The position numbers were made by a program, and so were the translations under genes. From Tubulanus polymorphus (taxonomy: Eukaryota > Animalia > Nemertea): 64,000 nucleotides of DNA. The DNA is taken from positions 12,829,950 through 12,893,949 of the forward strand of contig NC_134026.1 of NCBI RefSeq assembly GCF_964204645.1. Reading direction: 5' to 3'. The notes beneath the pieces were generated by a model, which saw only the letters and a program-made list of their open reading frames with translations, did no database searches and had not been told where the DNA came from. Positions 1 through 12,519 of the stretch are shown here, one piece after another; within the stretch, counting starts at the first letter, position 1, and each line of letters opens with the position of its first letter.

Positions 1-30
1 ACCAGGGGGCGTTGAATAATACAATAACTT

Positions 31-1757
31 CATCATCATCATCATCATCATCATCATGTTGAGGCCTTTTGATGTCCGGCTCGTTTGGTAATTTACATAA
101 ATTTAGGTGATATTTAAAATATTTCTCGATGCTCATAGTTTGATCTGCACCTAGCCCATCTTAAAGATGCGTGTTAAATGTTCTTTAGATCAGTTAGAAT
201 GGTTAGAATTATTGTAACATTACATGACTAGTTAAAAATATTGATATCAATAATCTATCGGTATCATTTCGAGTTTAGATTTTAAAGAATAATAAAGTTA
301 TCTATATATCGTTAATAAGTTCTAATAGTTTTTTAGAGAAAGACTTTTGAGATAGTTATCAATACTCAAGTTATCTAAATAAGTTTTTCTCAGTTATTTC
401 CACATTGATAAAAAATGTGATATCAATATTTAGATATAGCATGAATATTATAAATAGTGTCGTTTTTGATATATTGTTCTGTTCCGGTACACATCCATGC
501 TGTAGTTGGGTTCCACTCTTCTTCTTGACATGCTGTTGTTGCTCCTTTTTTTTTCTGTTCTTAGCTAATTGGATCCCGTTGAGTGTTGCAGGTTCGATCC
601 TTTTTAATTTTATATAATTCTCTACGCATTGAACCCGATCATTTACATTGGTAAATATCACTCTTATGGGACGTGGTCTCGTTTGATTTTTATTGCCAAT
701 TCTTCTGATGTCTCTTAAGTTGGCTGCACCAAGTTTAATGATACCATTTAGAAATCTTTCCACCCGAGAAGTGTCGTCACAAATAATCTTATTATCTGAT
801 TCAGGTATGTTATATATGATAATGTGTGACCGTCTCTCATCATTTGAAGAGCTATTTGAAACACTGATTTCCTCTGTCAATGTTTTTGTTGAAGTGTTAA
901 ATCCAGCTTCCATTTTATGGGTAGATTTCTTGAAGACCATATTTTCACTCTCAATCTGCTTAATTTGATTTGAAAGAATATCGAGATTTTTTGAGTTCGT
1001 ATCCAATAGTCTACTATGAGTCTCGATTTTTTCTCTGATGTCAGCTATGCATTTATTTGTTTTATAGCTTTCTTTTGCAGAAACTTCTTGATGTATTTTG
1101 GTAATCCGGGATTCTAAAATTTCTATAGCGTTAAAGAATATTTCTCTCATGTTCTTTATCTCCAATTTAATGGTCTCCATCTCTTGAAATTTCTGCTCAG
1201 TTTGAAAATCAGTCAAACATCGACTACACAGATATTTAACCGGCAGATTCTCTGCATTTTCAGCTGCGTTGGAGCAGTTATTACAAATTGACTGACCGCA
1301 CTTGGAACACTGGACGATCTCGTTTTCAAAATTAAACAGACGGTTACATTTAGAGCACGGTTCATAGTTTTCCCATTCATCATCTTCTAGTGTTGAATCA
1401 AGATCACTGTCCAGTTCTGCTAGACTCTCAGCAAACTTCAGAGCTTCTTCATGAATTTGCTCTTTTTTGTCACAGCCCTTTACCTTTGTTGCCATGGTTT
1501 CCCTTGTCTGAAATGGTTGCTGACTGGTGGTTGCTAAGTTGCTTGGATGATTTCCCACAGATTTCACTTTTAAAACACTCACAGATTTTCTTAGGGAAGA
1601 TCGTAGTTGTTGAAGCAATATTCAGAAGAATCCCTGTGTATTATTTAACATTGTCCTGCTAAGTTAGATGGCTGGAAGATGTTGTTTCTGTTAAATATGT
1701 AGAAGTTACATGGAGCTTAGATGTTCATTCTTCCTTCCATCCCCATGGTCACTAGGC
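31..1757 (-). mobile_element. ORF1-only non-LTR retroposon (HAL1-like) with (ATG)n tail
   Basis: AACTT direct repeat at 26-30 and 1758-1762; (CAT)n at about 31-57 is the 3' tail; the uninterrupted host repeat is visible at about 26035-26100; a single ORF1-type ORF inside. Confidence 0.8.
371..1618 (-). CDS. LINE ORF1-like protein (PHD/zinc finger, coiled coil, RRM-like domain)
   Basis: CSKC..CSKC..CNNC..CSRC; coiled coil; RRSHIIIYNIPES...RRIGNKNQTRPRPIRVIF as in CR1/L2-type ORF1. First in-frame ATG at 1495. The C-terminus may be frameshifted. Confidence 0.8.
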   Translation of the reverse strand: MLQQLRSSLRKSVSVLKVKSVGNHPSNLATTSQQPFQTRETMATKVKGCDKKEQIHEEALKFAESLAELDSDLDSTLEDDEWENYEPCSKCNRLFNFENEIVQCSKCGQSICNNCSNAAENAENLPVKYLCSRCLTDFQTEQKFQEMETIKLEIKNMREIFFNAIEILESRITKIHQEVSAKESYKTNKCIADIREKIETHSRLLDTNSKNLDILSNQIKQIESENMVFKKSTHKMEAGFNTSTKTLTEEISVSNSSSNDERRSHIIIYNIPESDNKIICDDTSRVERFLNGIIKLGAANLRDIRRIGNKNQTRPRPIRVIFTNVNDRVQCVENYIKLKRIEPATLNGIQLAKNRKKKEQQQHVKKKSGTQLQHGCVPEQNNISKTTLFIIFMLYLNIDITFFINVEITEKNLFR

Positions 1758-1975
1758 AACTTAGTATTTCTATGTTATATTTGTACCTATGCATATTTTG
1801 TTATCACAATCAATTAAAAAATTGTATCTGCTGACATGTTCTTTGATTTTGGTGAGTTTCAAGGTCATTAGTTTTGTATATGGTCACCAGGGGGCGTTGA
1901 ATATTGAAGTTGTTAGATTGTTGAGCATTTGAAACCACTTTCCAAGTGGGCATGGTGTCCCTGGACCCTTAGTTT
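1758..1975 (+). mobile_element. 3' part of a Helentron-associated (HINE-like) element, continuing from 1-30
   Basis: Internal repeat unit (ggtcaccagggggcgttgaa...) shared with 25860-26345 and 52490-52590; 3' subTIR ccaagtgggc is near-complementary to the head gctcacttgg at about 52250. Confidence 0.6.
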
Positions 1976-2476
1976 ATTGAAATAAATATGTAATACTACT
2001 GATGTTGAAATTTTTGGGTAAGCAGGTCCATTACGTTAGCAAACGTTGGAGCCTGGCTATCTTGTAGTTAGTTTACAACACTGATGATTTTGATATCTTT
2101 AATACTCAGTGCACGACGCGTGTTGATTGCATTGTCAGCAATAACGCATTAACCGTTAACCATTTATGTATCGATTACGTGTAGTAATAGATAACGCTTC
2201 CCACGCTTTACTATTAAAAGCTATCATGAATGAAACTATTGAAAGCCACATTCATTCAGTTGATGAACTTGATTTCAACAGTAACCGGCCATCCTGGTTT
2301 AATATATGTACTGCCCTGAAATTGAAAAAGTTATATAGCAGCTTCTGATTTTGTTTGTCCCGAGTAGTTTATGTTCAAGTTTTAGTTGTTTTATGTCATT
2401 GTCTCACGGGATCAAAATTGTCAAGTCCAAAATGCCCATAATTAATCTTGCGTTTCTGGTGTTCTTCCGCTGTTTT

Positions 2477-2740
2477 CCTGTTCCACTTGGTCAATCGTAA
2501 GACTAGCTATAGGCCCTCAGGGTACAGCTAGCAGTTGGCCTTAAGGTGTCTGTGAACTGCTTCAGGACACTCTTGTTTAATCATGGATGTGAAGCTTGCA
2601 CCCCATGGACTGCATGGTGTTTGGCCTATATCATGGGTTCTTGGCGATTGTGCCGAGAGCAGACTGTATCCAGTGGCCATGGTAAGTATACTTACTGACG
2701 TTTTACCTTGATAGTATGGATTTAACATGTACTGCATCAA
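2477..2740. repeat. Dispersed repeat (second copy at about 8797-9040)
   Basis: Shared ctgttccacttggtc...gactagct...gtgaagcttg...gttcttggcgattgtgccgagagcagactgtatcc. Confidence 0.75.
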
Positions 2741-3659
2741 CACAGTTATTTCCTCTCACTTTTCTAGTTCTGAGTCAACACGTAAACCCATCATGGAAAG
2801 TTTCTTTCTGGTTTACACTTAGTACACATGTTCTCTAATATCATTCTTATAGAAATAATTGTGGCCATGATATTTTTAACGTATTTACAACAAACCCTGT
2901 AACTTCACGTGGCAGTGAATTTCAGGCCGAGGGCATACAAGGCTTTACCTCATTCTAGTTCTTTCTATCTCAAACAATTAAGTTCTAAAGCAAAATTGTT
3001 CAAATATTATTGTTGTTACTGTTACATTGTGACGACAAATAACTTGACATTACGAGGTGTAAATGTAATGTTTATTTTTTATCAATAAAGTTTTAATAAG
3101 TTGTACAATTGAGTACCTCACTTTCTCTGAGTTTTTGCTGTGGCTTTAATTAGTGTGCTGTTAAGAGGCATTCGGTGATGTGAAATATGAAAAAGGAGTT
3201 AACGGATAGAGCATCAAACATTAATCTACAAGGGAATTACTAGTGGAGTTCTAGCTCTTGATGAAATTAAGCCCAGAAAACACATTTCGGGACTGTCTAT
3301 TTAGTTTACTTTTTTCCTCAAAATAGTGAAGTCCTTCTCACTGTCCTGTTCTCCTGTGATATCTTCATGGAAAGACAACATGATCTGCTTGTAAAAGCTA
3401 AACCACTATCATTATCAAATCACTTGTATTAAGTTTTTTTCGTTGTAACAATCAGCAGTAGTAACTACGATATTCCATGAACGGTTTCATAAAGTTTAGT
3501 CTTAGTCTTTAAGCCAAGCCCCATGTTAAAGAGATCCGAGTTAGGCAAGTTATACTGTTTTTTCCATGTCTAATGATTCTCTAATGACTCTCCTTTGCCC
3601 TAATGAAATGCATGCTGAGCTAGCCACTGTACTAATTGGTCCATTTATTTCTATTCCAG

Positions 3660-3815
3660 GGACAAGAAATGGGTTCAATCTGAAAATATGGGGGCATTTC
3701 TTAGTGTTGCAAATGGTTCGAATGAACCATTGAAGTTTTTAGAGCTTTCATACAATGGTACAAGAGAAACGTCCAGATCATTTGCTCTCGTTGGAAAAGG
3801 TATTACATTTGATAG
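3660..3815 (+). CDS. LAP3: Cytosol leucine aminopeptidase (M17), internal coding exon A
   Basis: AG at 3658-59, GT at 3816-17. Translates (R)DKKWVQSENMGAFLSVANGSNEPLKFLELSYNGTRETSRSFALVGKGITFD(S); VGKGITFDS is the M17 metal-binding motif. Confidence 0.96.
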
Positions 3816-3825
3816 GTATGTATAT

Positions 3826-4117
3826 TGTAACGGATGAAACTCCAGGGCCAAAAAACCCAATTCCTTTTCGGACACAAAATCCAGGGGCGAACTACACCCA
3901 CAAAACTAATGACAACACCAGACGTATACTATTAGAACGAACGTACATTTATGAAAGTACCGTGGCTGGGACTGGCTATGGTCAGTAACAGACATTTATA
4001 TAGGTTCAGTTTATAGGAGTCATTCAAGTATACTAATTCATTCTGAACGGACTGATGTCAGTAAACCATACATACACTTTACATACAGTAACTATACAAT
4101 ACAATCACTGGGTAACA
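3826..4117 (-). mobile_element. 3' LTR of the Gmr1-like gypsy element
   Basis: On the minus strand TGTTAC...GTTACA, preceded by purine-rich agagtgaggg (PPT-like) and the pol stop at 4269; TATA-like tatataaat inside. Confidence 0.7.
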
Positions 4118-6365
4118 CCCTCACTCTAAAAAGATTCAAGGATGTATTTTTTGAAAATAACATGTACACACGTTCTAGAAAATCTGACAATGCTATAAAT
4201 TAATACAGATTCAATCTTCAAATCATAATGATTTGGAAGATACAGCACACATTAATTTTAAAGTAAGATTACGTGCGCGAAAGGGCATCTGAAACAACAT
4301 TACAGCGTCTTTTGATACGTCTTATGTCTAAATCATACGACTGCAGTATCACACTCCAAGCCATGAGACACTTATTCTTGTTCTGCATCTTGTACAAGAA
4401 AGTTAATGTAAATATAACTACTGGAAAGATTTTCATACTTGCATAGACATCAAAATGTTCCAAAGCTAAGATTATAGACAGGCATTCCTTCTCAATTGTC
4501 GAGTTATTTTTCTGCGCGGCTACAAACTTTGAAAAGAAGCATAAAGAATGTTCCAAACCGTCGTCATCATCTTGAGCTAAAACTGCGCCTGCACCCAAAT
4601 CACTGGCGTCAACTGAAAGCTTAAATTGTTTATCGAAATTTGGAGCTGGGAGAAAAGGAGTTGACATCAATAAATGTATTGTTAATTGAAAAAGATTTCT
4701 CACAAGTTTCACTCCACTCAAATTGTGCATTCTTTTTCACTAACTGTGTTAAAGAAACAGGGACTTGTGTGAAATTTTTACAAAACTGTCTGTTGTATCC
4801 CGCCATTCCTAAAAAACGCATGATGTCACGCTTGTTAGAAGGTGGTGAATACATCTTAAAGTTCTTCAACAGTTTATGGGCTTAAAATAGATTTCAACCT
4901 TCATGTTATACATTAAATATTCTTAGCCTCCTTGAATGTGCCCTCTATTTTAATCATCATTATCCTTTTTTACGCCTTGGGTAGGTATCCGTAGGTACCC
5001 AGTGGTGGAATTGATGATATTGTGAGCATATACTTTTCCTAATATCAACTAAGAAATGCTCAGAATGCACCTAAATGCATCTCATTTTCAAAGCTTAGAC
5101 CAGACCCCCTTTTTGGTGAATTGCACCTGCGGCCCTTTCTCCAAAAGCTAGATTCTGAATATTTATCTAAATTGCTTAATGGCATTCTTCATTTATTTCA
5201 GGTCTGCCCCCCCCCCTCCGTTCTTACAGCTCTACAAAGTGTCTTCCAGTTTGGATTCGCTTGCCCGATTCCCTGTTATAAATAGCGACATATGCTTCTG
5301 ATTTGCAGTGGTATGTGACAATATAAACCGTAGCGAAAGTGGCTTTTTTGGCTGGAAAGTGGACCATTTATAATAATAATAATAATCAACAGAAATACAA
5401 GAGTAATATTAAATTAAATATTTCTTACCGAGTCTTAGACTGATCTAGCTCTTCAACAATAATGCAACAATCCTGACAAAACTTGCCCCTTTGATAAACT
5501 TTGTGGCTATACAACTAAACCAGAATTCGTGTGATTTTTATATCAGGAAAGTACCCACATTGTTTGAGTAAAAATCACCAGTTTCCCCTGAGATAGGATA
5601 AAACATCAGGATTTCTCTGTATGACTACTGCTTATTCAGGGAAAAGACATTAACAGAAGGACTTATCCAACAGGAACTGAACCACAGAAATGTCATTTCA
5701 GTGCTCAGTAATTACAACAAAGGTAAAATTCAATATATGAAATAAAATAAATATCTCTAAAATAAAACTAATTCTACACATATCTCAAATAACAGAATTA
5801 ACTATAAAAACATTGTTTTGACAGTCAACAAATTAACTTCATCTGTATCTAGCCATCTTTTTAGATTAGTTTCAATGGACCTCTTACTTGGTGACCAAAC
5901 ACCAACTCAAAAGGACTAAAACCCAGAGAATTTTGAACCGCTTCTCACATAGCAAAAAATAGAAATGGTACTGCTTCATCCCAATCTATGTCATGTTGTG
6001 TACTATATGTTCAAAGTATGTTTTTGGGGTTTGGTGGAAACGTTCAAGAGACCCTGAGATTCTGGGTGATGAACACTAGAAATATTTTGTTTAATTCCTA
6101 ACTGATACATAACCTGTTGGAATATATACCTATAATATATATCAGACTGCACCGATGTCGGTACCCCAAACAGTGTTAAAGAATTTAACACTGATTTTTC
6201 AAATTTCCATTTGGGAAAATTGAAAAATCACCAATGAAGTACTTGGGAATCTTAAATTCATTTAACTGTGGGAACCATGGTCTGTGATTTCTGGTTCTCA
6301 CCCCGCTTATTCTTTTTCTGAGGAGAAAAACATGTACTTAGAGTATGACCAGATTTTTGGTTTAC
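3826..6365 (-). mobile_element. Degenerate Gmr1-like Ty3/gypsy retrotransposon (gag fragment, IN, RT/RNase H, LTR), interrupted at about 4890-5820
   Basis: Integrase at about 5840-6190 (FGVPTSVQSD, HPESQG, WDEAVPFLFFA, GFSPFELVFGHQVRGPL) lies upstream of RT/RNase H at 4269-4870 (RFLGMAGYNRQF, VDASDLGAGAVL, STIEKECL, NVVSDALSRT*). Confidence 0.85.
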
Positions 6366-6369
6366 CTTA

Positions 6370-6706
6370 AGGCGGGCGTAGGTCGGCCTTCGACGGCTTG
6401 CGACTCACTACGACGCGACTCGCTGCGACCGCCAGCGACGAGCGCGTTGCAACGAGCAACTGACCTACGCTACCTTGCGACTGCCAGCGACGGGTTGCGA
6501 CTGCCAGCGGCGCCAGTCGCAATGAGTCACACATGTTCTACTTTCTGCGACGCGACGCGACCGTCGCAACCGATATACGCGCGCTTGCGACTGGGAGCAA
6601 CTAGTCGCACACAGTCGCTGACAATCGCGTCGCATCCGACTTGCGCGGCCACTTGTGACGCAACGCGATGACCACGTCAGGTCGCAAGGCCGACCTACGC
6701 CCGGCT
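6370..6706. mobile_element. PIF/Harbinger-type MITE, copy 1
   Basis: About 21-bp TIR AG(G/C)CGGGCGTAGGTCGGCCTT; TTA TSD at 6367-69 and 6707-09. Confidence 0.85.
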
Positions 6707-7349
6707 TTAGGACCACAGTAGGTAGTACACGTTGCCCTATTGTTATCGTGAAATCCATCACGTCTAACGATTACGTCCGTGTAACGCCACATACGCGTCT
6801 GAAACTTTCACAGTCGCTTATATATGAAACATAGAAGTTTGAGTTCGTATATGGTGAATTTTTGTTACTTGGTTAATTGAATATTGCCGAAATGAAAAAA
6901 TTTAAACTCTTAAGTAGTGCCGCCCCTGTCAAGAAGAAAACCTGTGTTAGTCCGCACTTAAAATAGTGCCACGCATACATTTTTGAAATAGCGATTTACA
7001 TAGGCATATTCTCTGACTTGAAGGCATATTCTTGACTGATGTATTTTGTCGTTTCGTGGTCGAAAGTTGGGTATTTTCTTGGTGTGTGTGTGTGAGTCAG
7101 CGGATTAATTGAAATGTTTACATATTGGTGATATGGACCTCAGGCACTTGAATATGGGCTTTGACCTTGTTGGTAAAAATGATAAAATTTACCGTAATCT
7201 ACGCTAAAACACCACCGGGGTTGCCATCTTAATCATCCATGATGCAACTGTTTTACCCATGATCCAATGCACACCCCTCGTCTAACTATACTATACAGAA
7301 AGGCTGGAAACGATCCTATCTCTGTAATGCTTAAATCTACCCGCAATTA

Positions 7350-8150
7350 TTAAATGACATGGTTTCCAGAGCAATGGCTCTTTTACTGTGCAACTGAGCA
7401 TATATTCATACAAATTCATTAAAGCATTATCCATTCTCCAAACTCTACGTAGCTGAATTTTGAAAGAGGGCCTCGTTTAAATTTATATGAGCTTTTTCGC
7501 GAATATCTGATCGCAAAAATATTGGTTTTGAAAAGCCAATCAGAAGGCAAAGACTCCTCTATGATTGGCTTAGCCGCAGAAATCAGCAGGTGTTCACGTG
7601 AACCCCCGGTATCGTCTACCGTTTTACTTCCAGGTTTTATTTTTAGATCTTAATTTGTATTTAAAGATCAATTTCTCTGAAAGCTTTAGTTGATTTGGTT
7701 TTTGGGAGGAATATTTTTATGAGCACTACAGAAAACATCATTGACCATTGTGCAAAGTCCGGAAAAAATAGCTTTTTCTTAAATGGATAGATGACCTTGA
7801 TATGCTAATTAGCCATGTGCTCAAACTACAAATACAATCAAATTCTATTCAGCAAAAAAATATTAAATCCAATTTAATTTTACTTTATTGAACAAATTTC
7901 TGAAAATTCAATTCTATTCCGCATTAAAATCAGTAAGACCAGGGGAAAAGATTTATCTGAGGTATTTTTTCTTGCCAGATCCAGTCCCTGTCTGTGCTAC
8001 TTTTGTATTCTACGATTGATTGTGTAAATTATTAGGTATTGACTCTCAGCTGAGAGTGTATTTTGACAAATTTAACCCACAGAATGCATCATCATTTGCC
8101 ATTTCATGGAAAGCTGACAGGCTGGCCATAGTGCCCCTTGGGGCTCTTGT
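7350..8150 (+). mobile_element. HINE-like family A (also about 14556-14860, 31150-31719, 36194-37030, 62465-62745)
   Basis: Multi-copy sequence; head ttttaggccagt..taggctgagcc; 3' gctggcc subTIR, hairpin gccccttggggc, then tcttgtt. Confidence 0.7.
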
Positions 8151-9221
8151 TGCAGATCGCAGTACGTCGAGCAACACTGAAAACTCTCTTACTATTACCA
8201 TAAAGTAAAATGATTAATCGTCATTAATTCTTTGGACTTTCCCGTTAGCAATCCGTTCTTAGAGCCCGATTATGTGTATTTAGTTTTGGCACAGTTATGA
8301 GAGCGTGCGTCAATAACATTAGTTACAGTCCTGTCGGCAATATCACTTTATACACACGGTTTTCACCGTGTATGTATCAGTAATAGATATTGCGCTCTAC
8401 GGAGCGAGTCGCGCGTAGTCTACAATCCACACGCTTGTTTTGTCAAAAAGGTCTTGAATTAGCAGAAGAAACATTATTCACAACTCTTAATATAAAAAAA
8501 TTTTCCTATTGTGAAACCATTAAAAACATTTAAGTTGGTAAACATAATTTTGTCAGTAAGTTGTTTTAAACTCGAATGTGGCCGGTTTAGTTTCAGATTC
8601 GAAATTTTCACAAATATCCCACCCGATTATAAAAGCTTTAACCACCAACGATTAGGTAACTAGCTTGTCAGTAACGTGCCTACGCCCTCATCGTAGTTGT
8701 TTTTAATTGTATCATTCTCCTGGCTCTATCAAGTCATAAATTCCCATAATCATTCTTTCGAACAAGAATGCTAATGAGACTGCTGGAAAATATTCATTCT
8801 GTTCCACTTGGTCGATGGTTAGACTAGCTCCAGGCCCTAAGAGTACAGCTAGCAGCTGGCCTTTGGTTCAGTCTGTGAAAAGCTTCAAAACAATGGTATA
8901 AACACACGGATGTGAAGCTTGTACCCCATGGACTTCATGGTCATTGGCCTATGTCATGGGTTCTTGGCGATTGTGCCGAGAGCAGACTGTATCCGGTGGT
9001 ATGCTAAGTATAACTTGATAGTGTATGGATTTAACATGCACCGATGGCTAAAATGATACCTTCGTTTCACAACCCTTCTAATCGTATCTTAGGCAATATC
9101 AATCCTTACCGCAACGTTTTTGTTGATTTTGTTGATCGAGCTTACATATTTCATGTCTCAGGACCTTGAGTCCTCTAGTTTTCAAACTTGCAGGGATGCT
9201 AACTGCTCCGTTTTGCCTTAA

Positions 9222-10149
9222 CCCTTACAATACCACAACCGTATGGCATACGGTACAAATTGGCAAGCTAGGATACCCGTACCGTATGTGATACGGTATC
9301 GCTTAACCCTTCTTCTAGAAAGGCATATCTATCAGTATCAGCTGGTGCATCTGCATAGAATCCAAGATGGCAACAGCCAGGAAAAAAACAATTTGGCTGG
9401 ATGAAACGGTTCAGTAGCTCGAAGTAACGAATATGACAGCAGCAGTTCAGATGATCAGACTTAGTCAGAAAATAGGTTTATAGTGCCGGCAATAATTTTG
9501 ATGATGAAAATGAAATCAGTGACAATTTTTTTAGACCCTGTTGATACGGTTGTCATGGCAACGGACACCAATAATAATGAAGAACCAGAAACTGTCCCTC
9601 CTCAAGGTCACATATATCCAACTATTTGTCTTATATGTAAGCCCAAAGGTTATCAACACCATGGTATACAATGTATCTGTGTCAAATAGATAGGTAACAA
9701 TTTTCTGAGGCCTGAAATTATACCCCAATGAAACCCCTTACATCCGGCCTTCCGTCCTATCGGTGGAAAAGTGGGTAAATGAGTGGAAAAATAAATTTTT
9801 TAGTTGTTCTATTCTTTTACTACATAAAATAAGGATATATGGCATACTATTTCAGTTGGAATTGAATAGATCATTGCATTTTGCTGGGAAACAGAGCAGT
9901 TTATCTGAAACTTTTTCGTGAATTTTTTTCATGGCGGCCATCTTGGAGTATGTGACCTTGACCTCAAGTTCACTTATACCCACATAATTTATGTATACTT
10001 CGTTGGCCTAAAAGTTATCAACAACATGCTATATAATTTTTCTGTGTCAGATACCTTGGTAACTATTCTATGAAGCCTCAAATATACCCCTATAAACCCT
10101 TAAATTTCCTCCGGTACAGCAGCGGAGACACTATGTGGTATTGAAAGGG
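9222..10149 (+). mobile_element. Non-autonomous piggyBac-like element
   Basis: TTAA TSD at 9218-21 and 10150-53; TIR CCCTT(A/T)CAATACCACA, 15 of 16 matched. Confidence 0.85.
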
Positions 10150-10655
10150 TTAAAGGGCGAATGCCATCAAAATTGTACTTTCTGCGATTTCTTAACCAGA
10201 AGAAACTTCAGTAGAAGAAACTGATGAGAATATAATTATTTCACGTATCTGCCATAGGTATTGTTTCATTTTGATAGCCTGCGATTGTTTTAATTGACAT
10301 TGAAGTGTAAGCGAGCATTCACCAACTCATAAGGCCTCCACGTGCGCTTGAGCGCTAATAATTTTTACACAAGGGCTTGTCATGATTTGATGGGAGGATG
10401 GATGACACCAGTATCCCCATATAAAAAAGAATAGGGATACTGGTGTCATCCATCTTCCATCAAATTGTGACAAGCCCCTGTGCATTTTTAGACTGTTGCA
10501 CATACACATGACTACGTCATGAAGGTTATAAGATGGTAGTGAGTCGATGACGTCATTTTCGTGTCGCCACTTATAACTTGTTGGTGGGAGTTCAGAGGAA
10601 GATTTGTCAAACAAATGAATATTTTAATATTATTAATGCAGAGTGTGAAGTTTCG

Positions 10656-10950
10656 CTTTTTGGTTTACCTTTGTCAGCGATATGATGTTGGCATTGAGCC
10701 ATTTCATATAAAATCGCGGTATGTTTTTTTATGTGAGCATTTGTTTCATTGGTTCTCGGCTTAAACGACGTATAATCGATGCGATTGAAGACATGGCGAA
10801 CCTCCGTCGATGACATGGTCAACTGAATTAAAATTCTACGAAAAACTGTTTTTGGCAGGAAAATTCTTAGCTCTCGTGTATAAAATTGCAATGACCTCGA
10901 TTGGGGGGCATCGTCCTATGAGCGAATGGGATGGGCTGTTTAGAGATACA
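10656..10950 (+). repeat. Dispersed repeat family B, probably HINE-like (also about 14490-14555, 29410-29940, 34454-34985, 63105-63790, 10225-10350)
   Basis: Recurrent tttttggtttacctttgtcagcgatatga.gttggcattgagcc...gacatggcgaacctcc.tcgatgacatggtcaact. Confidence 0.7.
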
Positions 10951-11790
10951 TCAATTCAATTCAAATCAATTTATTCATCATAAAAAACAGACAAGTTTGT
11001 TGATGATACATGAATTAAAGGATTACAATATAACACATTTAACATGATAAAATATGGATTATATACATAATGAAAAACCGACGTAATACTTTCAAATGAG
11101 GTTAACGCAAATAACAATTTACATTATCATTATCAATCAGATGTTGACATTACGAGTCGTATTAAAATGACACTACTGTTTAATTAATTATTTAATACAT
11201 TGATTGGTGTATTTCGCCACATTCAGTAAATCACTACCAGTACTTATTTGGTTATTAAAAACAGCTGACAATTCTTCAAGATTATTTATATTTATCATAT
11301 ACATATCACGTTGAATGGAAAATTTATTGCACCTAAACAGGAAATGTTCTTCATTTTCTACTAATTGACAACTTGCACAAAGACGATCGTTGGGCTCTAG
11401 ACCTAAATGTCTCCCTTTTTCAATCATAAGTCCATGCGAAGAAGTCCTCAATTTGCAAACAGATGATCTCATAGAAAAGTTTTTAATACATATTAAGTAT
11501 TTTTCCAGATAGAAGCCTTTTTTGATTTTGTTATAGAAGATGTATCTGCTGTGATTAATGTCGTTAATTTCAGATTTCCAATAGGCTATAAAATGATTTT
11601 GTAATGACACTTTTACCAGGTTAATATTTCCTCTAAAGTTATCCCAAATATGCGAGAGCTGCAATATATACAGAAGTTCTTTAATACCTGACTGATAATT
11701 GTTAGGCTTATCTATATCACCTATACTATCCAGGAATGATATATGTACAAGCGATTCATTTTTTGATGAACTCATAATGGAGCACCAATA
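10951..11790 (-). mobile_element. 5'-truncated LINE 3' end (RTEX-like ORF2 C-terminus)
   Basis: KLRTSSHGLMIEKGRH...RLCASCQLVENEEHFLFRC (CCHC); AATAAA followed by an (ATTGA)n-like tail on the minus strand at about 10951-10975. Confidence 0.8.
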
Positions 11791-12519
11791 TATCACGACT
11801 AGCGTATTGAATGGCGGCGCCATGTTTAAGCTGCGCGTGTATCATTGAATAGTGGAATTACAGGGTGGAATTATCTTGATTGTATCCATATGAAGTTTAT
11901 TAAAGGTTAGTGTCAACAAATGGTCCATTACAGTCCCTCTAATTTATGTGGAGAGATGCTCTTAACCTGCAAAACCGTGGTGTGTTTCGTGTTATCATTG
12001 ACCTACGTGGTGACTGACCTTGACCTTGCAGCACGTCCTAGTGTGATGGTTTTCTGACGATTATTAGCTAGTACGGTGCCAGGTATGGCTCGCAGCTGCT
12101 GGTGAATGAGTGCTGACATCAACCCGGTGCATACCGGGAGTGGGCAGGAAAGAGTTAAAAAAGGTACCTACTGTCTGACATTCTACTGAAAAATTCCGGA
12201 TTGATTCACCGCATAGTTTTTTCATAGGGAGCATTTTAGTATATGAATCAATTAAGATGATTGACAGACGTGGGTGCGGTTGTATCAGGTGTTGAAGACG
12301 TTCGATGTAAACAATAATTTCAACCACATGCGCGACGAAAACAGGGACATCGAACTAAGAAGCGCTGAATTTTTTAATTACATGTGATTTGAATAGGCAT
12401 CTGTGCTGGTTTTTCAAAAAGCTGAATCTTAATTGACTCCTCCTATTGCATAGGCCTAAGCCAGGACTTCTGGAATTGAATTGAATTCCACATAGTTATT
12501 CTTATTCGCCTGTAATTTG

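Noticed and set aside
371-500. Transmembrane tail on ORF1
   Set aside because: The hydrophobic stretch follows an A-rich run and is probably AT-rich out-of-frame read-through.
6345-6792. Overlapping GC-rich ORFs (also 24623-24911)
   Set aside because: They are chance ORFs inside a non-coding MITE with no recognisable domain.
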